From contig CASEHX010000009.1 in NCBI GenBank assembly GCA_949287905.1, positions 23,365 through 87,364 of the forward strand: a stretch of 64,000 bases of DNA, read 5' to 3'. Source of the DNA: an uncultured Olsenella sp. Its GTDB lineage: Bacteria; Actinomycetota; Coriobacteriia; Coriobacteriales; Atopobiaceae. Positions 38,139-47,532 of the stretch are shown one piece after another. How positions within the stretch are numbered: position 1 is the first letter of the stretch; each line of letters opens with the position of its first letter. The translations under genes and the position numbers were made by a program. Below the pieces are notes generated by a model. The model made no database searches, was not told where the DNA came from, and saw only the letters and a list, made by a program, of their open reading frames with translations.

Positions 38139-38882
38139 ATGGAAGAAGCAACAGATACGAGCACACTGACCTGCGGCATGGCACGGCTGGCGCCCACGGA
38201 CCCGGAGTTCGCGGAGCGCTTCGCCTACTTCGCGGGCGCGGAGGTCCCCGGCGAGCCCACAGCCGAGCTCCCGACGCGCGAGCGCTACCTCGCGATTTTG
38301 GCGGCGCTTCTCGGCTGCCTGGGCGCAGAGCAGTTCCGCGCCACGCTGGCCGAGGCGCTCGACGCTGAGGCTGTCACCCCCGTTGAGGCACGCGAGGTCG
38401 TCTACCAGGGCACGGCGTATCTCGGCATCGGCCGGACCCGCCCGTTCTTCTCGGCCATGAACGAGGTGTTTGCCGAGAAGGGCGTTGAGCTCCCGCTGCC
38501 CGCGCAGGCCACCACGACGCTCGAGACGCGCGGCGCCGCGGGCAACCAGAAGCAGGTCGACTACTTTGGCGAGCACATGCGCGAGAGTTGGAAGACCTGC
38601 CCCGCAGAGCGCGCCAACGTGAACCTGTGGCTCGCGGAGAACTGCTTCGGCGACTACTACACGCGCAGCGGCCTCTCGGACCTCGACCGCGAGATGGTCA
38701 CGTTCTGCTACCTCGTGGCGCAGGGCGGCTGCGAGCCGCAGGCCACCGCGCACGCCGGGGCCAACCTCAACCTCGGACGCACGAGGGGCTTCCTCTACCG
38801 CGTGGTCATGCAGATCCTGCCCTACATCGGCTACCCGCGCAGTCTGAACGCGCTTTCCTGCATCGACAACGCCGCCAAATGA
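38139..38882 (+). CDS. Carboxymuconolactone decarboxylase family
   Basis: TDPEF, YLGIG, FGDYYTRSGL, PYIGYPRSLNA. Confidence 0.9.
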   Translation: MEEATDTSTLTCGMARLAPTDPEFAERFAYFAGAEVPGEPTAELPTRERYLAILAALLGCLGAEQFRATLAEALDAEAVTPVEAREVVYQGTAYLGIGRTRPFFSAMNEVFAEKGVELPLPAQATTTLETRGAAGNQKQVDYFGEHMRESWKTCPAERANVNLWLAENCFGDYYTRSGLSDLDREMVTFCYLVAQGGCEPQATAHAGANLNLGRTRGFLYRVVMQILPYIGYPRSLNALSCIDNAAK

Positions 38883-38926
38883 TACGAAGAGACTGCCCCT
38901 TCGTATCATCGAGCAAAGGAGAGACC

Positions 38927-39346
38927 ATGAGCGAGAAGAGCGGCTTCGCCCCCATGTTCGGGATGGGCGACCCCAACGACGCGTACGCCCAGTACTTCAT
39001 CGGCAACTCGTACCTCAATCCGCTGACCAGCGCCGCGGAGTGCGGCGTCGGCCTCGCCAACGTTACCTTTGAGCCGGGGTGCCGCAACAACTGGCACATC
39101 CACCACGCCGACAAGGGCGGCGGGCAGATCCTCATCTGCACCGACGGTCGCGGCTGGTACCAGGAGTGGGGCAAGGACCCGCAGGAGCTCACGCCCGGCG
39201 CCGTCGTGGTGATCCCCGAGGGCGTGAAGCACTGGCACGGCGCCGCGCGCGACAGCTGGTTCAGCCACATCGCCTTCGAGGCGCCGGGCGAGAACTGCAG
39301 CAACGAGTGGCTCGAGCCCGTCACGGACGAGCAGTACCCGGCGTAG
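38927..39346 (+). CDS. Cupin-domain protein
   Basis: NVTFEPGCRNNWHIH, KHWHGA, WLEPV. Confidence 0.9.
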   Translation: MSEKSGFAPMFGMGDPNDAYAQYFIGNSYLNPLTSAAECGVGLANVTFEPGCRNNWHIHHADKGGGQILICTDGRGWYQEWGKDPQELTPGAVVVIPEGVKHWHGAARDSWFSHIAFEAPGENCSNEWLEPVTDEQYPA

Positions 39347-40381
39347 GTGAGCAATATGGCAGACATGAACTACACGACGCTCGGACACTCCGGCATCAAG
39401 ATCTCGCGGCTCTGTCTGGGTGGCATGAGCTTCGGCGCGCCCTCGACCGACTTCCACCAGTGGACGATCGGCCCGGACGAGACCCACGCGGTGATCGCTC
39501 GCGCGCTCGATCTGGGTGTGAACTTCATCGACACGGCCAACTGCTACGCGCACGGCACGAGCGAGGAGTACATCGGCACCGCCCTGCGCGACCTGGGCGT
39601 GGCGCGCGACCAGGTGGTTCTCGCCAGCAAGGTCTTCTTCAACGAGGGCGGACTCTCGCGCGAGGCAATCAACCGCGAGATCGACGGCACGCTCACGCGC
39701 CTGGGCACGGACTACCTGGATCTCTACATCATCCACCGCTTCGACTACGCCACGCCGATCGAGGAGACCATGGAGGCCCTCGACGCCCTCGTGCGCGCCG
39801 GCAAGGTGCGCGCCCTGGGCGCGAGCGCGATGTACGCCTACCAGCTCCACAACATGCAGGTTACGGCCGAGCAGAACGGCTGGACCCCGTTCACGAGCAT
39901 GCAGTGCCACTACAACCTGCTCTACCGCGAGGACGAGCGCGAGATGATCCCGGTGTGCCGCCAGTTCGGCATGGCGCTCACGCCGTACAGCCCGCTTGCG
40001 TCCGGGCATCTGTGCCGCCCCACCTGGGACTCCGCGTCCAAGCGCTCGACGACCGACGCCACGATGCGCAACAAGTACGACGCCGACCGCGAGCGCGACA
40101 TGCCCATCGTCGCGCGCGTGGCAGAGCTGGCCGAGAAGCGCGGCGTGCCCATGTCGCGCATCGCGCTCGCCTGGCACTGGGCGCGCGGCGTGGAGGCGCC
40201 CATCGTGGGCTGCTCGTCGCCGGCACGCGTGGAAGACGCGGTGGCGGCGCTCGACGTGGCGCTCACGCCCGAGGAGGTCGCCTACCTCGAGGAGCCGTAC
40301 GTCGCGCACGAGCTCGTGGGCCCGGCAGCCCGCCCCGGCGAGAAGCCCCTCGCGGGCACCACGAACCCCAACGCAAAGTAG
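39347..40381 (+). CDS. Aldo/keto reductase
   Basis: CLGGMSFG, FIDTANCY, LGTDYLDLYIIH, YSPLASG. Confidence 0.93.
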   Translation: MSNMADMNYTTLGHSGIKISRLCLGGMSFGAPSTDFHQWTIGPDETHAVIARALDLGVNFIDTANCYAHGTSEEYIGTALRDLGVARDQVVLASKVFFNEGGLSREAINREIDGTLTRLGTDYLDLYIIHRFDYATPIEETMEALDALVRAGKVRALGASAMYAYQLHNMQVTAEQNGWTPFTSMQCHYNLLYREDEREMIPVCRQFGMALTPYSPLASGHLCRPTWDSASKRSTTDATMRNKYDADRERDMPIVARVAELAEKRGVPMSRIALAWHWARGVEAPIVGCSSPARVEDAVAALDVALTPEEVAYLEEPYVAHELVGPAARPGEKPLAGTTNPNAK

Positions 40382-40459
40382 GCCAGGACGGGACACCGCT
40401 CCGGCGAGTGGTTCGAGCTGACGGCGGACGAGCGGTGTCCGGCATAGGGGCGAACCAAG

Positions 40460-40566
40460 AAACGCGTCGAGTGCGCGCCTGCCAGCGCACATTCGACGCG
40501 TTTTGTGTCCAACCGGACGTTTTTCTCGCCGAATGCGCGCTCTTGAAGGTGGTTGGGCGCGCATTC
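40460..40566. repeat. Two related hairpins between convergent genes
   Basis: AAACGCGTCGA...TCGACGCGTTT and GAATGCGCGC...GCGCGCATTC. Confidence 0.6.
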
Positions 40567-40613
40567 GTCGCGATTAGTGACTGCCCGGAAGCGGCTCCTC
40601 TGACACCCTCTTC

Positions 40614-40886
40614 CTAGGCGAGAAGCGCGGCGTGCTCCGGGTGCTTCTCGAACCAGCTGACTGCGTACGAGCACGTGGGGCGCGCGTAGTAGCCGCTCGC
40701 GGCGATGCTCGCAACGGCACGGCCCAGGAGCTCTCCGGCGACGCCCTGGCCGCGCAGGCTCTCGTCCACGAAGGTGTGGTTGATCTCAACGATGCCGGGC
40801 TCCACCACGGGGAAGGTCACCTCGGCCAGGACGTTCCATGCCTCGTCCAGCACCTGCACGCGGTCGCGCTCCATGATCCAGTCCAT
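40614..40886 (-). CDS. YjdJ-like GNAT acetyltransferase
   Basis: HTFVDESLRGQGVA, PTCSYA. Confidence 0.88.
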   Translation of the reverse strand: MDWIMERDRVQVLDEAWNVLAEVTFPVVEPGIVEINHTFVDESLRGQGVAGELLGRAVASIAASGYYARPTCSYAVSWFEKHPEHAALLA

Positions 40887-40993
40887 GCTGCCTCCTTCGA
40901 TTGCGGTCTGCGGGGCTATTGTCTCACACGACAACGGGTAGGAAATGATACGAAGGGACAGTCCCTTCGTATCATTGGCGAGTGGAGGCGGGT

Positions 40994-41926
40994 ATGGCAC
41001 GGGCTTGGCACATCGCAAACGGGCACCTCGCAACGGGCGAGAAGGACGGCGGGCACGTCGTCACCCTCCTGCGCCTGGAGGAGGCACGGGCGCGCACCCT
41101 CTCTCACACGCAGCGCGAGGTCCTCGACCAGCTTGAGCACGCCGCGATGCCCTTTTTGGAGCGCACGTCCACCGGCGCGGCGGGCCTCGTGGTCACGCCG
41201 AGCGGGCGCCGTCGCTTTGGCTTCATCCTCACCCCCGACGAGCTGGTGCTCATTGACGACGGGGACGTCTGCGCCACGGCGCTCGGCCGTGCCGTGGAGG
41301 ACCGGGCTCGCATCGAGGGGCCAGCCGGCGCGCTCTGTGCGCTTCTCCGCGAGCTGCTGCGCGACCACCCCGCGCGCCTCTCTCGCATGCGCGAGGACTT
41401 CGAGCTGATGGAGCAGCAGGTCCTCGAGGGCCGCGAGCGACCCGACCGGCGCAAGATGATGGCGGACTCGCGTCGCATGCTGGGGCTCGACACGTTCTAC
41501 CAGGGAATGTCCGACCTCGCTGCGGACCTTGCCGAGGACGACTCCGGCCTTGTGGCGCCCGCGGACCGCGCGAGGCTCCGCTCGTTCGCGCGCCTGCTGG
41601 GCCGGCTCGCCACGCGTCTTGAGTCGCTGCAGGACTACAGCCTGCAGGTGCACAGCCTCTACCAGGAGTCCATCGACGTGCGTCAGAACAACGTCATGCA
41701 GTGGCTCACGGTGGTGACCACGATCGTGATGCCGCTCACCTTTGTCACCGGTTGGTACGGCATGAACTTCCCGCACATGGCGCTCTTCGACGTGCCGTGG
41801 GGCTACGCCGCGGTGATCGTGGTGTGCGTTGTGATCGTAGCCATCGAGGTGGCGTTCTTCTGGCATCACGGCTGGCTGAGCTTTGGCGAGTGGCGCCACG
41901 GTGACAGACGGCGTCACAGGTCCTAA
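40994..41926 (+). CDS. CorA-family Mg2+ transporter
   Basis: MQWLTVVTTIVMPLTFVTGWYGMNF. Confidence 0.9.
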   Translation: MARAWHIANGHLATGEKDGGHVVTLLRLEEARARTLSHTQREVLDQLEHAAMPFLERTSTGAAGLVVTPSGRRRFGFILTPDELVLIDDGDVCATALGRAVEDRARIEGPAGALCALLRELLRDHPARLSRMREDFELMEQQVLEGRERPDRRKMMADSRRMLGLDTFYQGMSDLAADLAEDDSGLVAPADRARLRSFARLLGRLATRLESLQDYSLQVHSLYQESIDVRQNNVMQWLTVVTTIVMPLTFVTGWYGMNFPHMALFDVPWGYAAVIVVCVVIVAIEVAFFWHHGWLSFGEWRHGDRRRHRS

Positions 41927-41933
41927 GCTGCCC

Positions 41934-42047
41934 ACTTATGCACGAGCGGGCCGCGGGTCAATCCGGTTGCGTTGTATATGTGCGCAGCTAGACGGCTTAC
42001 ATGGTTCTTCTCGCCAAGCGAGAAGGTCCAACCGCTCGTGCAAAAGT
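41934..42047. mobile_element. MITE-like element, about 115 bp
   Basis: ACTTATGCACGAGCG...CGCTCGTGCAAAAGT; other copies at 42815-42929 and 63309-63436. Confidence 0.7.
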
Positions 42048-42097
42048 CAGGGATTGCGCTAGGATATCGCGCATCAGGTTCGTCTGAGGAGGCTCGC

Positions 42098-42790
42098 ATG
42101 GCTGGCTTGGACTACACGACGCGCGACAAGGTCCTGTGGGGCGCGCTGGCTGCCTTGTGTCTGGCGAGCGCGGCGGCCTACGTCTTCTGGGCGCTGCCCG
42201 CGATGCCGGAGACGGTGCCCACGCACTGGGGCGTGGACGGCACGGCTGACGGCTGGAGCGACAAGGGCTCCACGATCTTCATGGGCGCGCTCATGCCGCT
42301 TTTGATGCTGGCGCTGCTCTTTGCCGTGCCGTACCTCGACCCGCGCGGTGAGAGCTTCAACCGCTTCAAGGGCATCTACCAGGGATTCTCTGTGGCGTTT
42401 ACCGTGTTCATGGTGGCTGTGGGCTGGCTCACGCCGGCAACGGCGCTCGGCGTCCTCCCAACTGCGGGCAGCTCCTTCGTCAACATCATCGTCTTTGGCT
42501 TCCTGGGCCTCCTGTTCGTGGGCCTTGGCGTTGCGATGCCGCACATCGAGCCCAACTACACCTTTGGCGTCCGCCTGCCCTGGACGCTCGCGGACCCGGA
42601 GAACTGGCGCCGCACGCATCGCTTCGCGGGCCCGGTCTTTGTGGTCATGGGCGTGGTCACGCTCGCCTCGGCCCTTCTCGCCTCGGCAGCTCCGGAGCTC
42701 ACGTTGACCGTGCTGCTCGTGGCCCTTCTCGGTGGCGTGGCGCTCGTCACGCTCTACAGCTTCCTCCTCTGGAAGCGCGTCATCCGATAG
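42098..42790 (+). CDS. SdpI-family membrane protein (DUF1648)
   Basis: PETVPTHWGVDGTADGW, PNYTFGVRLPWTLADPENWRRTHR. Confidence 0.88.
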   Translation: MAGLDYTTRDKVLWGALAALCLASAAAYVFWALPAMPETVPTHWGVDGTADGWSDKGSTIFMGALMPLLMLALLFAVPYLDPRGESFNRFKGIYQGFSVAFTVFMVAVGWLTPATALGVLPTAGSSFVNIIVFGFLGLLFVGLGVAMPHIEPNYTFGVRLPWTLADPENWRRTHRFAGPVFVVMGVVTLASALLASAAPELTLTVLLVALLGGVALVTLYSFLLWKRVIR

Positions 42791-42814
42791 GTGTCGCTCG
42801 CTTGCGCAAGCTCC

Positions 42815-42929
42815 GACTTATGCACGAGCGCACCGCCCCTCTCGGCTGACGAGAAAACGGTGCGACTCGTCTACCTGTGCGTATACGACTTCTAATCATC
42901 GAAACCACCTGTTTGCTCGTGCAAAAGTC
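42815..42929. mobile_element. MITE-like element, about 115 bp (second copy)
   Basis: GACTTATGCACGAGC...GCTCGTGCAAAAGTC. Confidence 0.7.
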
Positions 42930-42972
42930 AGGGATTGTGCCGTGATCCAAAAGGGGACAGTCCCCTTTTGAA

Positions 42973-44475
42973 TCATTTTTCGCGAATGAGGCCGTCGCGG
43001 ACCTCCCAGGTGCGACTCGTGCAGGCATCGAGGAACCACCGGTCGTGGCTCACCAGCACGAGCGCGCCGGGGTAGGCGGCGAGCGCGCGCTCGAGGGCCT
43101 CGGTCGAGTGCAGGTCAAGGTGGTTGGTGGGCTCGTCCATGACGATGAGCGCGGGGTGGCGCAGGATGCCCTCCGCCAGCATGAGCTTGCGCAGCTCGCC
43201 GGGGCTCGTGCGACCGCCCTCGAGGATGCGGTCCGGGTCCGAGTTGAGCTGCGCCACCGTGGAGAGCACGCGCCCGCGGTCGGCGGGGGTCAGCGCGGTC
43301 ACGCGCCCCACCATGACGTCGCGTGCCTCCGTCGGAAGCTCCTGCGGGATGTCCAACACCTCAACGCCCTGTCCTGCATCAGCCGCCTGGGCGAGAAGGA
43401 CGCGCAGGTGCGAAAGGAGCGTGGACTTGCCGGCGCCGTTGGGTCCGACGACGCCCACGTGGTCGCGGCTCCCCACCCAGAGCTCGGGGATCTGGAGCGT
43501 GCCCTCCGGTCCGCAGGGGATGGTCGTGGCGGGAACATGTAGCACGGTGCGTCGGCGCGAGGGCTCGGCGTCCACCCAGAGGTCGCCGCCGTAGCGCTTG
43601 GTCACGCGCGCGGCGGCCAGGCGCTCCTGCGCGGCGGCTACCCGAGCGTCCATCTGCGAGGAGAGGCGCCCGGCCTGACCGTCCTTGCCGGTGAAGATGG
43701 CGAGGTCTATTCTGCCCTTGGCGTCGCGGTCCTTGGGGTCCAGTCTGCGCTTGCTGCGCCGCGCGTCGGCACGTGCCGCCTCGTGGGCCCGCGCGTCCTT
43801 CTCGGCGGAGAGGCGTGCCAGCTCGCGCTTGGCGCTCGCCCGCTCCGCGACGGCCGTCGCGCGCTCGAGCTCCGCCTGGCCGTGCGCCGCGCTGTAGCCG
43901 CCCTGCCGCACGACGATTCCCCCGGGCTCGAAGGACGCACAGCGCGTGGCGAGAAGGTCCACGAGGTCGCGGTCGTGGCTCACGAGGATCCCGATGCCTC
44001 GGAAGCGCGCGAGCGCCGCGCCCAGCTCCTCGCGGGCGTCCGCATCCAGGTGGTTGGTGGGCTCGTCCGCCACGAGCACGTCCGGGCGGCCCCAGAGAGC
44101 AACCGCCACCTGCAGCTTCTTGCGCTCGCCAAAGGAGAGCTCGTCAAAGCGCCAGGGCATGTCGTCCTCGATGCGGAAGGCCTCGCGCAGCTCGCGGGCC
44201 TCGCGGCCGTAGTCCAGTGCGAAGTCCGCGAGCCCCTCCGGCGGCTCGTCGGCGTCCTGCGCCACGTAGGCGCAGACCAGACCGCGCGTGACGGAGCCCG
44301 CGTCCGGAGCGATGAGGCCGCACGCGATCTTGGCCAGCGTGGTCTTGCCGCAGCCGTTGTCGCCCAGAAGCGCGGTCCAGCCGGTGGGGAAGGTGATGGT
44401 GACGTTGTTGAGGACGGCCTCACGGGCCGCGGGATAGGCGTAGCACACGCCGGAGAGCACAAGCTGCATAGACAT
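42973..44475 (-). CDS. ABC-F family ATPase, probable ribosome protection protein
   Basis: Two NBDs (GDNGCGKT, LSFGE, DEPTNHLD; GPNGAGKS, DEPTNHLD), charged linker, no TM domain. Confidence 0.85.
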   Translation of the reverse strand: MSMQLVLSGVCYAYPAAREAVLNNVTITFPTGWTALLGDNGCGKTTLAKIACGLIAPDAGSVTRGLVCAYVAQDADEPPEGLADFALDYGREARELREAFRIEDDMPWRFDELSFGERKKLQVAVALWGRPDVLVADEPTNHLDADAREELGAALARFRGIGILVSHDRDLVDLLATRCASFEPGGIVVRQGGYSAAHGQAELERATAVAERASAKRELARLSAEKDARAHEAARADARRSKRRLDPKDRDAKGRIDLAIFTGKDGQAGRLSSQMDARVAAAQERLAAARVTKRYGGDLWVDAEPSRRRTVLHVPATTIPCGPEGTLQIPELWVGSRDHVGVVGPNGAGKSTLLSHLRVLLAQAADAGQGVEVLDIPQELPTEARDVMVGRVTALTPADRGRVLSTVAQLNSDPDRILEGGRTSPGELRKLMLAEGILRHPALIVMDEPTNHLDLHSTEALERALAAYPGALVLVSHDRWFLDACTSRTWEVRDGLIREK

Positions 44476-44541
44476 CTCTTTTCTGGCGAGGCGCCGAGCG
44501 GGCGTCCTTCTCGCCATCAGGGGTTTCTTAGCTGAGGATGT

Positions 44542-44556
44542 CTAGCGAATGCGCAC
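44542..44556 (-). CDS. Leader peptide MRIR
   Basis: AGGAG-agcc-GTG CGC ATT CGC TAG in the ABC-F 5' leader. Confidence 0.65.
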   Translation of the reverse strand: MRIR

Positions 44557-44705
44557 GGCTCTCCTGCTCTCTGCCGGTCCGACGGCGGCGCCACCCGCGC
44601 TGCGAGGCCCATTCCTCGCTCGGCCGACGCCGCCAGTATCCCGCGCCCGCGCTTGGGCGTCAAGTGATACAAAGGGACAGTCCCTTCGTAACATCGGGAG
44701 GTAGC

Positions 44706-46730
44706 ATGAGGCAGGCGGTCGTGGGGCTCTTGGCGCACGTCGACGCGGGCAAGACCACGCTCGCGGAGGCCATGCTCGCCGCCGCGGGGGCCATCCGCAA
44801 CCCCGGTCGCGTGGACAGCGGCAGCTCCCACCTGGACACCGATGCCATGGAGCGCGACCGCGGCATCACGATCTTCTCGTCCAGCGCGTCGCTTGACTGG
44901 GCGGGCGCCCGCGAGGAAAACGGCGCCCACCTCATGCTCGTTGACGCACCCGGCCACGTGGACTTCTCCGCGGAGGCGGAGCGGACGCTTGCCGCCCTCG
45001 ACTGCGCCATCCTGGTGGTGGGTGCAAACGACGGCGTGCAGGGCCATACCGAGACCCTGTGGGACCTGCTCGCACGCTACGAGGTGCCCACCTTCGTCTT
45101 TGTGAACAAGTGCGACCTGGAGAACCCGGGGCGAGAAGAACTTCTCGCCGAGCTGGCCTCGCGGCTCTCGCCGGGCTGCGTGGACGCATCCGCGCTGCTT
45201 GCGGGCGACATGGGTGCGCTGGAGGACGCAGCCTCGACGGACGATGCTGCGCTCGAGGAGTGCCTGGAGACCGGCGCGCTTGCGTCGGACACGCTGCGGC
45301 GTCTGGTGGCCGGCCGCGCGCTCTTCCCGGTCTTCTTTGGTGCCGCGCTGCGCGACGACGGCGTGTGCGAGCTGCTCGACGGCGTGTGCGCGCTTCTCGC
45401 CGAGCGCTCATGGCCGGAGGAGTTTGCGGCGCGCGTCTACCGCGTGAGCCGCGGTTCGCGCGGCGAGCGCCTTGCCTGGGTGAAGGTCACGGGCGGCACA
45501 CTGCGCGCGAAGACGCAGGTTGCGGGCGTGGACCGTCGCGGCGAGCCGTGGGCCGAGAAGGTCAACGAGGTGCGCCTCTACCAGGGCGCGAATTTTGAGA
45601 CCGTGGCAGAGGTGCCCGCCGGGCAAATCTGCGCCGTCACCGGGCTGAGCCACGTGGTGCCGGGAAGCGCCTTGGGCGCGGAGTCGCAAGCAGCGCGCCC
45701 GTTGCTCGCTCCCGTCCTGTCCTACCAGGTGATTCCCGAGCCCGGTGCGGACGTCTCCGCTCTTGTGCGGGCCCTGCGCGAGCTTGCCGACGAGGATCCC
45801 ATGCTCGGCGTCACGTGGCAGGAGCAGCTCCAGGAGGCGCACGTCCAGCTCATGGGCGAGGTCCAGCAAGACGTGGTCGCGGAGCTCCTGCTCGAGCGCT
45901 ACGGCTTTGCGGTGACCTTTGGGCCTGGCGGCATCCTCTACAAGGAGACCGTGACCGCACCCGCCGAGGGCGTGGGCCACTTTGAGCCGCTGCGCCACTA
46001 TGCCGAGGCGCGCCTCCTCGTGGAGCCGCTGCCGCGCGGAACCGGCGTGGAGTTTGGCACGCGCTGCTCCACGGACGACCTCGACCTCAACTGGCAGCGC
46101 CTCATCCTCACCAACGCCATGGAGCGTGACCACCTGGGCGCGCTCACGGGCGCGCCGCTCACGAACGTACGCATCACGCTGCTCGCCGGCCGCGCGCACG
46201 CCAAGCACACCGAGGGCGGCGACTTCCGCCAGGCCACGTACCGTGCCGTTCGCCAGGCGCTCATGGGCGCGCGCGAGCGTGGCGAGTGCCAGCTCCTGGA
46301 GCCGTGGTACCGCTTTCGCCTGACGGTGCCTGTCGACCGCGTGGGTCGCGCGCTCACCGACCTCACGCGCATGGCGGCGGAGTTCGAGGCGCCGGCGACG
46401 TCGGGCGACGCGGCAACCATCACGGGCGAGGTGCCGGCCTACGAGGTGGGGGAGTACGCGCTCGAGGTCGCGCGCTACACGGGCGGGCGCGGGCGCCTCT
46501 CGCTCGAGCTCGCGGGCCACCTGCCGTGCCACAACGCCGACGAGGTCATCGCCGCTGCGGCCTACGACCCCGAGGCCGATCTTCCCAACACGCCCGACTC
46601 CGTCTTCTACAGCCACGGCGCAGGTCACACGGTGAAGTGGTATGACGTGCCCGAGCACGCTCACACCGTCGCGGATCCCGCGCGTCTGCGCCCGTATCGC
46701 CCCGCGGACGCCGCGTTCTTCTCGGCGTGA
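44706..46730 (+). CDS. TetM/EF-G-like translational GTPase
   Basis: AHVDAGKTT, RGITI, DAPGHVDF, NKCD, HFEPLRHYAE, DFRQATYRA. Confidence 0.88.
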   Translation: MRQAVVGLLAHVDAGKTTLAEAMLAAAGAIRNPGRVDSGSSHLDTDAMERDRGITIFSSSASLDWAGAREENGAHLMLVDAPGHVDFSAEAERTLAALDCAILVVGANDGVQGHTETLWDLLARYEVPTFVFVNKCDLENPGREELLAELASRLSPGCVDASALLAGDMGALEDAASTDDAALEECLETGALASDTLRRLVAGRALFPVFFGAALRDDGVCELLDGVCALLAERSWPEEFAARVYRVSRGSRGERLAWVKVTGGTLRAKTQVAGVDRRGEPWAEKVNEVRLYQGANFETVAEVPAGQICAVTGLSHVVPGSALGAESQAARPLLAPVLSYQVIPEPGADVSALVRALRELADEDPMLGVTWQEQLQEAHVQLMGEVQQDVVAELLLERYGFAVTFGPGGILYKETVTAPAEGVGHFEPLRHYAEARLLVEPLPRGTGVEFGTRCSTDDLDLNWQRLILTNAMERDHLGALTGAPLTNVRITLLAGRAHAKHTEGGDFRQATYRAVRQALMGARERGECQLLEPWYRFRLTVPVDRVGRALTDLTRMAAEFEAPATSGDAATITGEVPAYEVGEYALEVARYTGGRGRLSLELAGHLPCHNADEVIAAAAYDPEADLPNTPDSVFYSHGAGHTVKWYDVPEHAHTVADPARLRPYRPADAAFFSA

Positions 46731-46908
46731 CTGTCTCGAGGTGCCGTCCTGGCGTGATGCAACGTGGGGCAGATGCCTCGGAGGCTTCTGTCTCATCCTC
46801 TAGAAACGCACAGCTCAGCGTAGCTGTCAAAGGGTTTGGACAGGTGGTTTGGCAAACAGCCGGTTGCCATCGCCTCGAGCGTGGGTATGCTTGCCTCAAG
46901 GAGGCATC

Positions 46909-47532
46909 ATGGACGAGCAGCGTACATCTCGGCAGGTTATAGGATCCCGCATCCGAGAGCGTCGCGAGGCAGCGGGCATCTCCCAAGGCGAGCTGGCCAA
47001 ACGCGCCTTTGTGGCACGGCAGACCGTAAACAACTGGGAAACGGGAAAGACCCTCATCGACGTGCAGAGCCTTGCACTCGTTGCCGAGGCTTTGGGTGTC
47101 TCGGTGAGCGAGCTACTAGGCGAGAAGGGCGTCGAAGCTGTGCGCGCCGAGGCAGACCTCCGTCATCGTCTCATCGCCCTGCTTGTGGGCTATGGGCTTC
47201 TCACGTTCCTTTGGGCGGCGCTGGTCGTGACGGGGGCCGCGCTGAGTGATTCGGGGGCCGAGACGGCCTCTCTCGTACTGAGCGCAGCCGAGCTCTGCCC
47301 GCTGGTCGCAGCGAACGCATGCTGGTTTGGGCTTTGGAACCTCATGAAGGAGCATGACCTTCTCACGGCGACGCAGCTTGTTGCATTTCTTGAGGGCCGC
47401 GACCTCAAAGGCGGCCTGCCACACGGCTTTCTCTACGACTGCGTCTTGCCTCATTGGAGAGTCTGGGAGCTCCTGCTGTGGGTCCCGCTCGTCATCATGT
47501 ACGTGACGGTCCTTCTCTCCTCCGCGGCTTAG
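46909..47532 (+). CDS. XRE HTH regulator with membrane domain
   Basis: IRERREAAGISQGELAKRAFVARQTVNNWETG. Confidence 0.85.
   Translation: MDEQRTSRQVIGSRIRERREAAGISQGELAKRAFVARQTVNNWETGKTLIDVQSLALVAEALGVSVSELLGEKGVEAVRAEADLRHRLIALLVGYGLLTFLWAALVVTGAALSDSGAETASLVLSAAELCPLVAANACWFGLWNLMKEHDLLTATQLVAFLEGRDLKGGLPHGFLYDCVLPHWRVWELLLWVPLVIMYVTVLLSSAA

Noticed and set aside
44706..46730. Bona fide tet(M)/tet(W) resistance gene
   Set aside because: Lacks the YSPVST loop, has host-like GC and no mobile context
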